DNA from: Octopus sinensis
Lineage: Eukaryota
Length of the DNA: 64,000 nt
NCBI RefSeq assembly: GCF_006345805.1
Contig: NW_021832226.1
Coordinates: 610,426-674,425 of the forward strand
Direction: 5' to 3'
Position 1 is the first letter of the stretch. Every line of letters begins with the position of its first letter. The position numbers and the translations under genes are program-made. The notes below the pieces were generated by a model, which was not told where the DNA came from, did not search any database, and saw only the letters and a list, made by a program, of their open reading frames with translations. Shown here piece by piece: positions 26,947 through 37,726 of the stretch.

Positions 26947-27037
26947 GCACAATAACTTTTTTATTGTTATTATAATTAAAGTTTAAATTAATTATATTTC
27001 AACATTTAAATAATTTTTAACGTGCTGTTTTAGTGGT
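26947..27037. promoter_or_regulatory. Putative bidirectional promoter between PMS2 and RPS3
   Basis: Only 91 AT-rich bp separate the divergent ATGs. Function inferred from position. Confidence 0.55.
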
Positions 27038-27794
27038 ATGTACGGACAAGACAATCTCTCGATTAAGAAACGAGTTTCAAATATTTTTAATATTACTAGT
27101 TTGTGGCCGAAGGTCTACTAAGAACTGAACTAAAGTCAACAATGATGCGAATATTCCGTGAAGAGGGATTATCGGATGTTTCCATTCGTCATCATCCAAA
27201 GAAGATTGAAATTGTCCTGATGGCGACACGCCCTCAGCAAATTGCTGCTGATCGGGGACTCAAGATTAGAGAACTGAAAGGACTGATATCTTCTCGCTTT
27301 GGATTCCCCACAGATCAAATCGAAGTATTATATATGTTAGTGAGTCAAGATATCTGTTGAACGACTTCAAGATAAAGGGCTTAGTGCTTTGGCACAGGTG
27401 GAGTCCATCCGTTACAAACTGATAAGTGGGTTGGCGGTAAGGAGAGCAGCCCATTCGACTATTAAGTTGTGCATGGGGGCGGGTGCAAACGGAGTTGAGG
27501 TCAAAGTGTCAGGAAAACTTCGCGGACAGAGGGCAGGTGTTCTAAATTCGTGGACGGTTATTTGATTCACTCCGGGGATGCTCCTAACTATTATTTGGAC
27601 AAAGCTGTGACAGGGATTCAGATGAAATCAGGTAGTTACTATTCATATTTTTAGGTGTCATCGGTATACAAGTCACTATTATGAAGCCACATGACCCGAC
27701 TGGCGTTAAGGGACCTAAAAAATTGTTGCCCGACAGTGTCACTATCATTAATCCTAAGGATTTGACTGATAGAGACAAGCCATCTAAATCTTAA
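27038..27794 (+). CDS. RPS3: 40S ribosomal protein S3 (uS3), 3 introns
   Basis: SIKKR|[72 protein letters not shown]. One missing A at about 27545. Confidence 0.96.
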
Positions 27795-27924
27795 CAATGT
27801 TGTGCGTTTTTTCTTTATTTGGTTTATTGCTTGGTCTTTTACTGAATGGTTTATTATTCAAGTATCAAGATTAGATCTTCTAAATGAGACTTTTTAGGCG
27901 TAGCAGTGAAAATTTAATTTAATA

Positions 27925-28807
27925 TGTCACATGGGCGACTATGTCGCTATGGGCAGCCAGTCCTTTTACGTGTTTCTATGGAAAACGCAGAAAAGGTATT
28001 AAATATTGAATATAGCAATATATATGGAAGAGTGTAGATTAATCAATTATTCTAATTTAAAATTACATTTGAATTATCTTTTAAAAATGGCTTACCCAAA
28101 AGTATTATTAATTTTAACAACGTGGTTACTCACCTTTGTGATGTCTGGGTTTAAGGGTTACGTCAGAAATATTAACGAATACAATCAAATTAAGGAAGCG
28201 TTAATCGGGATATTCCGGAGGATATGAATGCTCGAAGCAAACACCGGTTGGCCAAAAAGGCTTCCAATTTTTGTCAAAAATGTCTGAAGAATCGTCAGCA
28301 GAAACATCATTTAATTTCGAGTTAGGGTTACGTTAGGGTTTGGGTTAGGGTTAGATTTTGAATATTTATGTTGTCACTTGCCAACGTTAGGGTTAGATTT
28401 TGAATATTTATGTTGTCACTTGCCAACGTTAAGGTTAGGGTTAGATTTTGAATATATTTATGTTGTCACTTGCCAACGTTAGGGTTTGGGTTAAGGTTAG
28501 AGTTAAAGTTGTTACAAACTTTGCAAAAAATTTGATGTAAATTATAATTTACTAATGTTGCAATTTATATTATCAAAAATAAAAATAATTCACATTATAA
28601 TTTGCTAATGTTGTAAATAATTTTACTATTTTAAAGCAACCATGGTTCAAATATAAAACATCATTTTATCAAAAATTTAAAGTTCAATCATTAGTACGAT
28701 CGTTTGTCTTTATATTAGTTGGCCTGTTAGTAAATATTTGCTATGTAGTTGCCATGGTAACACGTAAAGGCCAGGTTGCCCATAGGGGTCTGATCACCCA
28801 TGTGACA
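27925..28807. mobile_element. Non-autonomous TIR element with TGT...ACA ends (Ginger2/TDD-like)
   Basis: Termini TGTCACATGGG...CCCATGTGACA, imperfect TIR of about 65 bp, 5-bp TSD TAATA on both sides. Superfamily inferred from termini and TSD only. Confidence 0.75.
28320..28506 (+). repeat. TTAGGG-containing minisatellite inside the TIR element
   Basis: Three units of GTTAGATTTTGAATATTTATGTTGTCACTTGCCAACGTTA(G/A)GG flanked by degenerate TTAGGG runs. Confidence 0.85.
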
Positions 28808-28927
28808 TAATATTCCCAAAAAAACATAAGGAAATAAGTTTAGGGTATCGTTTAAAGTATTTGTAAGTTAACCACGGAGTTAATAATCATATTGTGTGCG
28901 AAAGTGACAGATGATAGTTCTATACGA

Positions 28928-30039
28928 CCCTGTCGGATCGGATCGATTCCACGACGTCGGTGGCAGCAGAACAGGCGCGAAATCGTTGCTCCCAAGGACC
29001 TCTTTGCTTATCAAACTTGCCCTTTTCCTTTCCGGAGACATTGAACCAAATCCTGGCCCCATCAAGAAGAACCTATTACGTATCTTGCAGATCAACATCA
29101 ATGGGATTGGTCATAAGACTGCTAAACTTTGTTCCTTCCAGGAGAAGCACGACGTGGACTTTGCTTTGGTGCAAGAAACGAAGCTCTCGGCCAAAAATTG
29201 CTTGCCAGATTTCCCTGGTTATTCTTACATCCGTCGGGACAGGACCGGGCTCCGTAAATGGGGGTGGTTTACTAACTCTTATCAGAAAATCCATCCCGTT
29301 CATTAACTGTACCTCCCAAGCTTACTCGCAAATTGACAACGATCCAGTGATTGAAATGACAGCTATAACTGTCTCTACAGGGTCATCAACCAGGAGACTC
29401 ATCAATATGTACGTACCTCCTCACTCGTCATGTCCTCATGGATGGACCCCTTCTATTCAAAACCTCCAGTCCCTCAGGAATGTCATTATTTGTGGTAATA
29501 TGAACACAAAGAGCCCGTTATTGCTAAAAAATCAATCTCTCAACTCAAGAGGATTTCTACTATTCGACCAATTTGATGGTTTAGTCATCCTCAACAATCC
29601 CTCATCTCACACCAGAACACCGTCAAGAAAAGGCAACGCAATTTCCTCTCCTGACATCTCGCTGTGTACTCCAATTCTGGCCCCTGTTACTTATTGGAAG
29701 GTCATTTAACACCTAAATTCTGATCACAACCCGATTATTATTATTGAGAATGCCCTAAAATCCAACATCGACATTCAACGCCGTAGTTATATGAATTACA
29801 AAAAAGCTTCCTGGGACGACTACCGTCTTGCTCTAGAAAAATCACTGAATGATTTCGACATTATCAACTTTCGTTCGACTAACGCAGCAGTCAATTATTT
29901 AAATGCACTTCCTTCGCTCCGCAAAAAATTTGTCATTCACCCGGAGGTCCTATAAGAGCAACCTGGGAGGACGCTGTTGTTTCTGCAAGCTGCTGGTCTC
30001 ATAATCTAATGTGAGATCGGAGTTACGCTACAACAACAA
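28928..30039 (+). mobile_element. Internally deleted Ingi-like LINE: 2A peptide and APE joined to a 3' end
   Basis: LALFLSGDIEPNPGP precedes LRILQININGI..VQETKL..GGGLLTLI..YVPP..SSPDISL..SDHNPI, then a jump to LFLQAAGLII* and a (CAA)3 tail. Confidence 0.8.
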
Positions 30040-30062
30040 TTAAAGACCTCCGGAGCCTTCTA

Positions 30063-31043
30063 TACCTTTCCAAGTTCAATATGGGAATTTCCAAATTCAA
30101 TATGGGATTTCCAAGTTTAAAGTGGGATTTTCCAAATTCAATATGGGATTTCCAAGTTCAAAGTGGGATTTTCCAAATTCAATATGGGATTTCCAAGTTC
30201 AAAGTGGGATTTTCCAAATTCAATATGAGATTTTCAAGTTCAAGGATTTTCAAGTCGGTTATTGAATTTATTTATTATTTTAAAATCGCCTTACATTACA
30301 AAATGTACGTTAATAAAAAGAAAGAATTAGCTGAAAAAAGAAAAAAATTTGTTGACCGTTTACGAAAATGATGGGGATTGGAATCAAGTTACATGTTCTC
30401 TCGGAATAAAAAGAACAAATGCATACAGGTGGATAAAAGAAAGCTTTAAGGATGATTTAAGAGGTGGTTTTCGATATTCAAAAATTTCAAATACCGTACG
30501 AGATTATATGCAAGAAATGGTCGAGTCAAATCCGAAAATTACTTGCAAACAATTGGCTGCAGAGATCCAAGATAAGTACGGAATAAAAGTGTCAGGTGAG
30601 TGCGTTCGCCTGCATCTTGATTCGCTTATGTATACCATAAAAAACATATGATTCGAACCTGAAAAAAGCAACTCAATGCAGAACAAAGAGAAGCGCAAAA
30701 GATTTTGTGAAAAGCTGCTTGGTTATCAAGCAATGGAAATTCCGATTCTTTTTATGGACGAATCCAAGGACTATTGCCTTCTTTATTAAATTACAAGGAC
30801 GTAACATTTTAATTTTTTCGTTTGATATAAATGAGTCATGATTTTTTTTCAAATATTTTAAAATTAACTTGGAAATCCCATATTGAATTTGGAAAATCCC
30901 ACATTGAACTTGGAAATCCCATATTGAATTTGGAAAATCCCACTTTGAACTTGGAAATCCCATATTGAATTTGGAAAATCCCACTTTGAACTTGGAAATC
31001 CCATATTGAATTTGGAAATTCCCATATTGAAGTTGGAAAGGTA
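30063..31043 (+). mobile_element. Tc1/IS630-like transposon, internally deleted, with long repeat-built TIRs
   Basis: TA|TACCTTTCCAA...TTGGAAAGGTA|TA. TIRs of about 180 bp are made of 20/21-bp units CCAA(A/G)TTCAA(TA/AG)TGGGATTT. HTH region and ILFMDES first-Asp motif at 30302-30765. Confidence 0.85.
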
Positions 31044-31045
31044 TA

Positions 31046-31245
31046 GTTCTTGAAGGACGTCGGCCTCCTTATCGCTCGAAGGAATATGAATGCCCGCGAA
31101 TCCTCTTGGATGAGACAAAGGATCTTGGTTATGATCATGCGCGACAACGCGCAAGCTATCCGTTTAGCCGGGATCTAACCGTTCTCTGGCAATGCTCGCA
31201 GATCGAGGCCGTCTTTCCTCCCGGACTTTTTTATTTTATTAACTA
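31046..31245 (+). mobile_element. CRE-like 3' fragment interrupted by the Tc1-like element
   Basis: TSGAF at 30046-30060 continues as FLKDVGLLIARR..RESSWMRQRI..RDNAQAI. Confidence 0.75.
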
Positions 31246-31459
31246 AATATATTTTAATTGTGATTCTATTATTTAAATTTATATTTCAACATTGACCTAA
31301 TTAAAAATATTGACCTAAAAAATCCAAAAATTGACAAAATTGACCTACAAAATTTATATAGAAACCATTTTTGAACATTTTTTAATTAATCAGTATTTTT
31401 GGATTAAATTCTAACTCTGAATTGAAATTGACTTTATTGACTTATGTTGCCCTCTTTGT

Positions 31460-31640
31460 CATCAAATCTTTTATATATTTTCTATCGCCCACCATTTCGT
31501 ATTCAAATAGCTCGATATCGACTAATCCAATGTAATAGTTGTACAGTGAGAGAGCATATTCATTAATTGCTTTCAGTTTTGTATTTGCTAACCTTTCAAT
31601 TCGCGTCGTTACTTCTAAAAGAATTTTTTCAGGATGTATT
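31460..31640 (-). mobile_element. R4-like fragment
   Basis: RIERLANTKLKAINEYALSLYNYYIGLVDIE matches the ORF at 38179-38769. Confidence 0.7.
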
Positions 31641-31814
31641 TATATATTTTCCTTTCAAATCTTATATATATTTTCCTTTTTCTTTTTTGATTTTTTTAAT
31701 TCTCACAGTCTATCTTGTTTTATTTTTTGACACTCGTTGTTTAATTTATTTTCTCGGAAATCTCCTATTCTTATGTATTTAGCCAAAACTTGTGCAATAA
31801 TTAACCATATAGAC

Positions 31815-32346
31815 CAGGGGTTCTCAACCTTTTTAGCTCAAGGGCCAAATCGATAATTAAGATTAGCTTCGCGGGCCGCACAAAAAATATTTTATATATT
31901 TTTATATTTTCCATTTTACTAAATATTGATTTGCATAAATATGTAGATTCATATATGCATTGTGTGTTATATTTTTGAATTTGTCTTGAGGAATTAATTC
32001 GTAAAAATTAATAATGGACGCATTTTTGAACAATGTCGCAAGTTCTATATCATGTTGTAAATTAATGAGTTCTAGTTGAAACTTTGCAGGCGCATCCTTA
32101 ATTTCCACGCTGAATGGAGCTGCGAATATTTTCATTAAAGGAAGGAATTCTTTAAAATTCTAAAAATTAAATTTATATAAATGTACCCCAAAACGTGCTT
32201 CAAATTGATTAATGAAATCACCAATTATGGATATGTTTAACCTTAAGAATGAATAATTAAATTAAAACATTATTAAAAAATTAAAAAAGTTAGTTACTCT
32301 AGAGGGGCCGCAAAAAAATCCTGGGGGCCGCATTTGAGAACCGCTG
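31815..32346 (-). mobile_element. Non-autonomous hAT element (Charlie/SPIN-like)
   Basis: CAGGGGTTCTCAA...TTGAGAACCGCTG with exact 8-bp TSD ATATAGAC. Transposase remnant FAAPFSVEIKDAPAKFQLELINLQ. Confidence 0.88.
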
Positions 32347-33183
32347 ATATAGACTCTATAGTAAACTATGAGGTCTTTAGTGTCCTATTTAGATTTTTGC
32401 TGTTTTACCGGAATTTCTATAATCCCATTGTTGTTCCATCAGAAAAGAGTAATTCTTGCAAGAATTCCTAAATTCGCTAGTTTTGTGTGGCTCCTATACT
32501 CTGTGAGCTGATCAACTTTGTACAAACTGGCACTTTTTCATGCGTTTTTCCTGGGTATCTTCTCGACCCTGGGCACAAGAATAGCCTTATAGGATGGAAA
32601 GCTTGCTTTTCAAGGGTAGAAAATCGTATTTTTGGAACGCAATCTAGACAGATATCTACGCTGTTCCCCTCGGCATTAAAATTGCCGTGCATGAGCGATT
32701 TTGTTAAAGATCAAGAATGGATCTCCATCAAGACCTATGACTGTCGCGACAGCAACAAGGTATTCCAAAGGATGTCATTTTTTATCCTTCGAGGTAATTA
32801 AATCCCTTCCATAGCTGCTTTATAACAAAAACTAGCACATTGAAAAAACCAGAGGCCCGTAAGTGATTAGGATTTCGCTTACGTCAGCTACAGAATTTTT
32901 CAAGATTAAGAGGTTTCTTTTGTCTTGCAAGTTTTCTTTTTATTGTAGTGCGGCTGTTTCGACGATAAATAAACTATTTATATGGATTAATTCCCAACAT
33001 ATGCGAGTTAGTTTACTTTTTTAATTTGTTTGCTTTTTAATTTTTTGTTAATCTTCAAATCCTAGTAGCAAACGTTGGACAAAACATTGTAGTTCTTTAC
33101 TGTGAGCGACTGATTATTAAAAAAAATTATAATTAATACAGTTATACATAATAAAATAATTCAACTTAAATATTTAGTTTGTA

Positions 33184-33713
33184 ATGGCAATTAAACTGTT
33201 GCTCCTATTCAATCGGCAAGGCCGTATACGCCTACAGAAATGGTACGGAGCGTACTCGGATTTCGAGAAAACTAAACTAAAAAAGAATTTGATTTCTCTG
33301 ATACTTAAGTCGAACCCGGATTGGAATTTTGCAACTATTAATGACTACAAACTAGCATTCAAACGGTTTTGTCTGGATTTACTGAATGACAGATATGGCA
33401 GCCTATATTTTGCAACAATTAATGACGCAGAGGACAATGAAATGCTAATTTTGGACATCATTCACAGATACGTGGAAATACTCGATAAATTCTTTGGATC
33501 AGTTGCTTACTTATTTATTATTCTAGGTATGCGAAATAGACATGATCTATAATCTCCAACAAGCTCATTATCTCTTAGACGAGTATATTCTGGCGGGTCA
33601 GGTTCACAATTCGTCCGTTAGGGATGTTATTGAACGTGTTTCTCGGCAAGACGAGTTAATGGAAGTGATTTACTGTTCTTAAGATTTAGGATGATGTTTT
33701 CAAATATTTGTAA
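33184..33713 (+). CDS. AP1S: Adaptor protein complex AP-1 sigma subunit, 3 introns
   Basis: LLLFNRQGRIRLQKWY, FKR|YGSLYF, DNEMLILDIIHRYVEILDKFFGS|VCEIDMIYN..LDEYILAG. Confidence 0.9.
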
Positions 33714-35448
33714 TGCGCCTTTCTAATTGACTTATTATTTTCAATATTTTTAACTCGATTACTTAAATATTTGTCGTCAATGTCTAAATTATATCCTTAT
33801 TACAGTCCGACCTTGAATTGGAACACTAAGTGTTCCAAAAACTGAGGTTTTGTCAAAAAATTAATATCAATATAAATTTAATAATTTAATTAATGCAAAA
33901 AAGTATTAAATATTATTATTTATTGAAAAATAGTCATCGATCCTTTTTCCATAACCATGATTTTTCTTCAAACTACTGAACAAATTTTGTCTGAAACAGT
34001 AAAAATCATTTAACAAAATTTGAGCTATGTCTAGAACTGATTCTTCCAATTCATTCACTTTTGTTACTACTTCTTTGACCGTAGTCTGTTTATTTCGCAT
34101 ACCACTGTAAAAAATTTTTTCATTATCGCTGCTTTCCGTATTTTCCAACACTTCGTCTACAACTTGTTCTATAACATCATCCGTCAGATTATCAGAAACA
34201 ACAAATATTTCATTGCCGAAAGTATTATCCCAACAATTTTTAATTATTTCGGAGGATACATTTTGCCACGATTTCGATACTATTATCAATGATTGGCGTA
34301 AATTAATTTTTTTTAAGTAAGTCGCAGTAAAAATCTTCTTCATCTATACAACAAATAAATTCAATTAACGCCTTCGAATAATTATCTTTAAAAGTTTTGA
34401 TTATCCCATTATCCAATGGTTGAAGAATTGGAGTTGTATTTTTGGGTAAAAACAGCAATTCGATATTTGAGAGCGATTTATTTTCATGACACGAAGCGTT
34501 ATCAAGAATTATTAAAATTTTTCTCTTTTCCATTTTCATTCGTTCATTCACTAAGAATAACCATTGAATAAAAATATCTCTTGTCATCCAGGCATTTTTG
34601 GAAGATGAGTACATAGCACCATAATCCTCAGGGTTAAAATTTCTGAAACATCTGGGATTTTTAAATTTCCCGATTATTAAAGGATCAAATTTTTGGCCTG
34701 AATAACTGCAGCAAAAGAGTAAAGAAATTTTTTCCTTATTTATTTTAGACCCTGACGCTTTTTTATTTTTTTGTACGAATGATTTTTTTGGGGTCTTTTT
34801 TATAAAAAGACAAGTTTCATCAATGTTAAAGATATTATTTTTTCCAAATTGATCAATTTTTTCATGGAAAACTTTTAAAAATGATTGAATTCCATCACGA
34901 TTACATGAGTTTTTTTCGCCGCTAAGGATTTTGAATTTGAGTTCATGTCTTTTTTTAAAATTCATTAACCAACCATTCGATACTTTAAAGCTTGTAATGT
35001 TGAATTTACGCGCAATTTTCAAACCTTAAAACAATGTGAGAAAAAGTAAAATTACCAATTTTTTGATAAGAGGACCTGAAACTGGAATATTTTGGAGCCG
35101 TAATTGTTGAAAAACGTCGAGAACTTTACTATCCAATGTTTTAAAAATATCGTCAGTTTTTGTTTCAGTCCGAAAATTTGGAATAATGTTCACACAGGTT
35201 ATTTGCGGCGTAATCGTTTTTTTATTCGAGCAATTGTGCCAATGCTCGTTTCATATTTTTGAGCAAGTACTCTGTGTGAATGACTTTTTAGTTGTCGAGC
35301 AATTTCAACCTTTTTCTCGTAACTGAGACCCATAATGATTTAGCGTGGAGTTTTTTTTAATCCAAATTAATTAATTTTTTTAATGACTAGAAATAAATAA
35401 TAATAATAAATTTTGTTCCAAATCGAGGTTTTCATTTAAAAGGAATTA

Positions 35449-37252
35449 CAGTAGACTATTCATTTAACGAAAATGAAAATTGAGCATTCGTTAAATGAAT
35501 TTAACGAAAAAACTGTTTAATTAAAAATGTGTCATGTAATCGGTAATTTTAGGTTCCTTCTTTTTAATTTTTGCCAATATATTTTTCAAATTTGTAATTA
35601 GGTGAATATGTTCACCAGATTTTTGCAAAAAATATTTTTCAAGATTTTCCAAATATTTAAGTGCATCTGCATAACCAATGGGATTGTCATTTGTGCTATC
35701 TATTTCTTCATGCTCATTTTCTTCCTCACATTGTATTGTATCAAGATACGCGTTTTCTTCGCAGACGACAGGTGCACAGACAGGAAACTCAATCATAATT
35801 TCACTTTTATTATCTTTAATTGTAAGGTGATTTAAATTTAATACCTTTTTCGTCAGTGGATTCTTCAAGTATTTTTTCATCTATCTTCGCCCAATTATTT
35901 AATGCCTTGTTAAAGCAATTTTTGATAGTGTCCACTGTGACTTCGTTCCAAGCCTCAATAATTAAAGGTAGAGCATTCACTAATTTGAATTTGGTAAGTT
36001 TATCTGTATATGACAATGTTCCTATATTTGTTCCCATACTCAAATTTCTAGTCATTCCTTTTTTATACAACGATTTAAATGAATGCACAATCCCTTGATC
36101 AATTGGTTGAATCTTAGATGTTGTCTTTGGAGGAAGAAAATACAATTCGATATTACTGAATTCACCATCAAAATAGTGAACTGGCGCATTATCTAAAAGA
36201 AGCAAAATCTTTCTATTTTCCACACTCATTTTGGAATTTAACCGTTCAACCCAGTTTTTAAAAATTAAACTGTTCATCCAAGATTTATTGCTATTTGCAT
36301 ATTGAATCCCAAGATTATTCATATTAATATTTTTAAAACCATGAGGATTTTTGAATTTTCCGATTACCAACGGATGCTCTTTATCTCCTTCCATATTTGT
36401 GCATAATAACAATGTTATTCGTTCTTTAGAAAATTTTCCTGAAGCCCTTGATTCGGAGTCAAGAACTAATGTTTTTTTTGGAGTACATTTGAAAAAAGGG
36501 CAGTTTCATCGCAGTTGTAAAAATTTTTCGATCCATATTTTTTTAACATGGCTGCAAAGCGTTCATATGAATCTATAAGCAAAACGGGATCCACTAATTG
36601 TTCTTCTCCAGAAATCGTGAGTGTTTTTATTTTATACTCTTCCTTAAAGCGTGAAATCCATGGGTGAGATGCTTTGAAATTTTCAATATAAAATCGTTGA
36701 GCAATTTTGAGTGCTATTTCGCGTACCATTACATTAGTTATGGTGTGATTACAGAAACGTTTGTTCTGAATCCATGCATATAGTGGTTCATATATCTTAT
36801 CAGTACAACTTTTAAATGTAATATTCTTTTTTTGTTTGTGACGCCTTGATCCATACAATTGCATTTTCTTCAACGTTGAATTGATCACTCCAATAGGCAT
36901 ATTAAACCGCTGAGCCAAATTTTCTTTAGTAACAGCAGGATTATTCTTCTTGAAATCAATAACTTCCAGTTTTTGTTGAATTTGATAAGTTTTTCTTTTT
37001 TTCTTCATATTGTTCAGCCTTGCACACATGGTTTACTACGAAGAAATAGCGAGAAAAAATTATTTTAAAATTTTAGTAAAAATTTTAATTTTGTTATTTA
37101 AATATTCGTTAAATATATTTAAATATTCACTAATACAAAGAACAAAAAATTTTATTTTTTAATTTATCTAAGGAAAAACGTAAAAAATATTTTGAATTTC
37201 GTAAAATGAATATTTTCGTTAAATTTTTTTTTGTTAAATGGATAGTCTACTG
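35449..37252 (-). mobile_element. pogo/Tigger family B, full length
   Basis: TA|CAGTAGACTATTCATTTAAC...GTTAAATGGATAGTCTACTG|TA. CENP-B HTH plus DDE_1 (NCDETAL, LLDNAPVH, IQPIDQGIV) spread over three frameshifted ORFs. Confidence 0.92.
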
Positions 37253-37260
37253 TATTTATT

Positions 37261-37685
37261 AGCCCCCTTGGTTGAAGACTAAGCTATGGATTTGGACAGT
37301 CGTGAGTTCGATTCCGAAGGAGGCAGTTTTCATCCTGGGGTCAATTCTCGTTATCTTTCCCCTGCCCGTGAGGCAACGAGTACTTCTGGCACGACACAGT
37401 TGGAAATGGGGATCTCTTACCTTCCGGTCTTAGCGTGGCGTTATGGGGTTCACCATGTCAGTTGGAAAATTCCATTCGGATATGGCAACGCTCAGGAGGC
37501 ACTTAATGCCTACCGAAAAAGGACTTCTAGATCTCATCATCGACCCTGGGACATCGTCGCCTCAGGCCGATCATGCGGGCAGGATCGAACCTTTCAGTAG
37601 GATCTCCCTCGTTTGGATCGGCGATCACGGGGATTATTGTAATTAACTGGCTTACCCGTCTTTGGTCTTTAATAAATAAAATAAA
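37261..37685 (+). mobile_element. tRNA-headed SINE, copy 1
   Basis: Acceptor-like GCCCCCT...AGGAGGCA, B-box GTTCGATTC, A-rich tail and TATT duplication. Absent from pogo copy 1. Second copy at 61626. Confidence 0.8.
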
Positions 37686-37726
37686 TATTCTAGGCAGAGA
37701 TCCTACAAAGTGTTCCAAAAACTGAG

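Larger units (their letters stand above)
33803..37726 (-). mobile_element. pogo family A copy 2, interrupted by nested insertions, right TIR lost
   Basis: Left TIR at 33803. DDE_1 transposase 35333 to 33906 (SNGWL, NIDET, ILDNASCH, LQPLDNGII) with a 31-nt intron. The element resumes at 37255-37260 and 37690-37726. Confidence 0.9.

Noticed and set aside
27025-27037. General spliced-leader trans-splicing
   Set aside because: An AG shortly before the ATG is seen in RPS3, AP1S and SNX but not consistently, and is expected by chance.
28320-28506. True telomere or chromosome fusion site
   Set aside because: The repeats are short, degenerate, in one orientation and enclosed by TIRs with a TSD.
30081-31154. 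Repeat-protein ORFs (MGFPSSKWDFPNSIWDFQVQ)
   Set aside because: They are translations of the 41-bp periodic TIR repeats, mirrored on both strands.
32360-33100. Possible gene upstream of AP1S
   Set aside because: Intron-like segments are present but I could not build a consistent spliced frame or recognise a motif on either strand.
1538-33713. Alternative genetic code or stop readthrough
   Set aside because: Apparent internal stops fall in micro-introns, and TAA, TAG and TGA each end a conserved gene.
37262-37324. Functional tRNA gene
   Set aside because: Too short, no clear D or anticodon arm, and part of a longer dispersed repeat.
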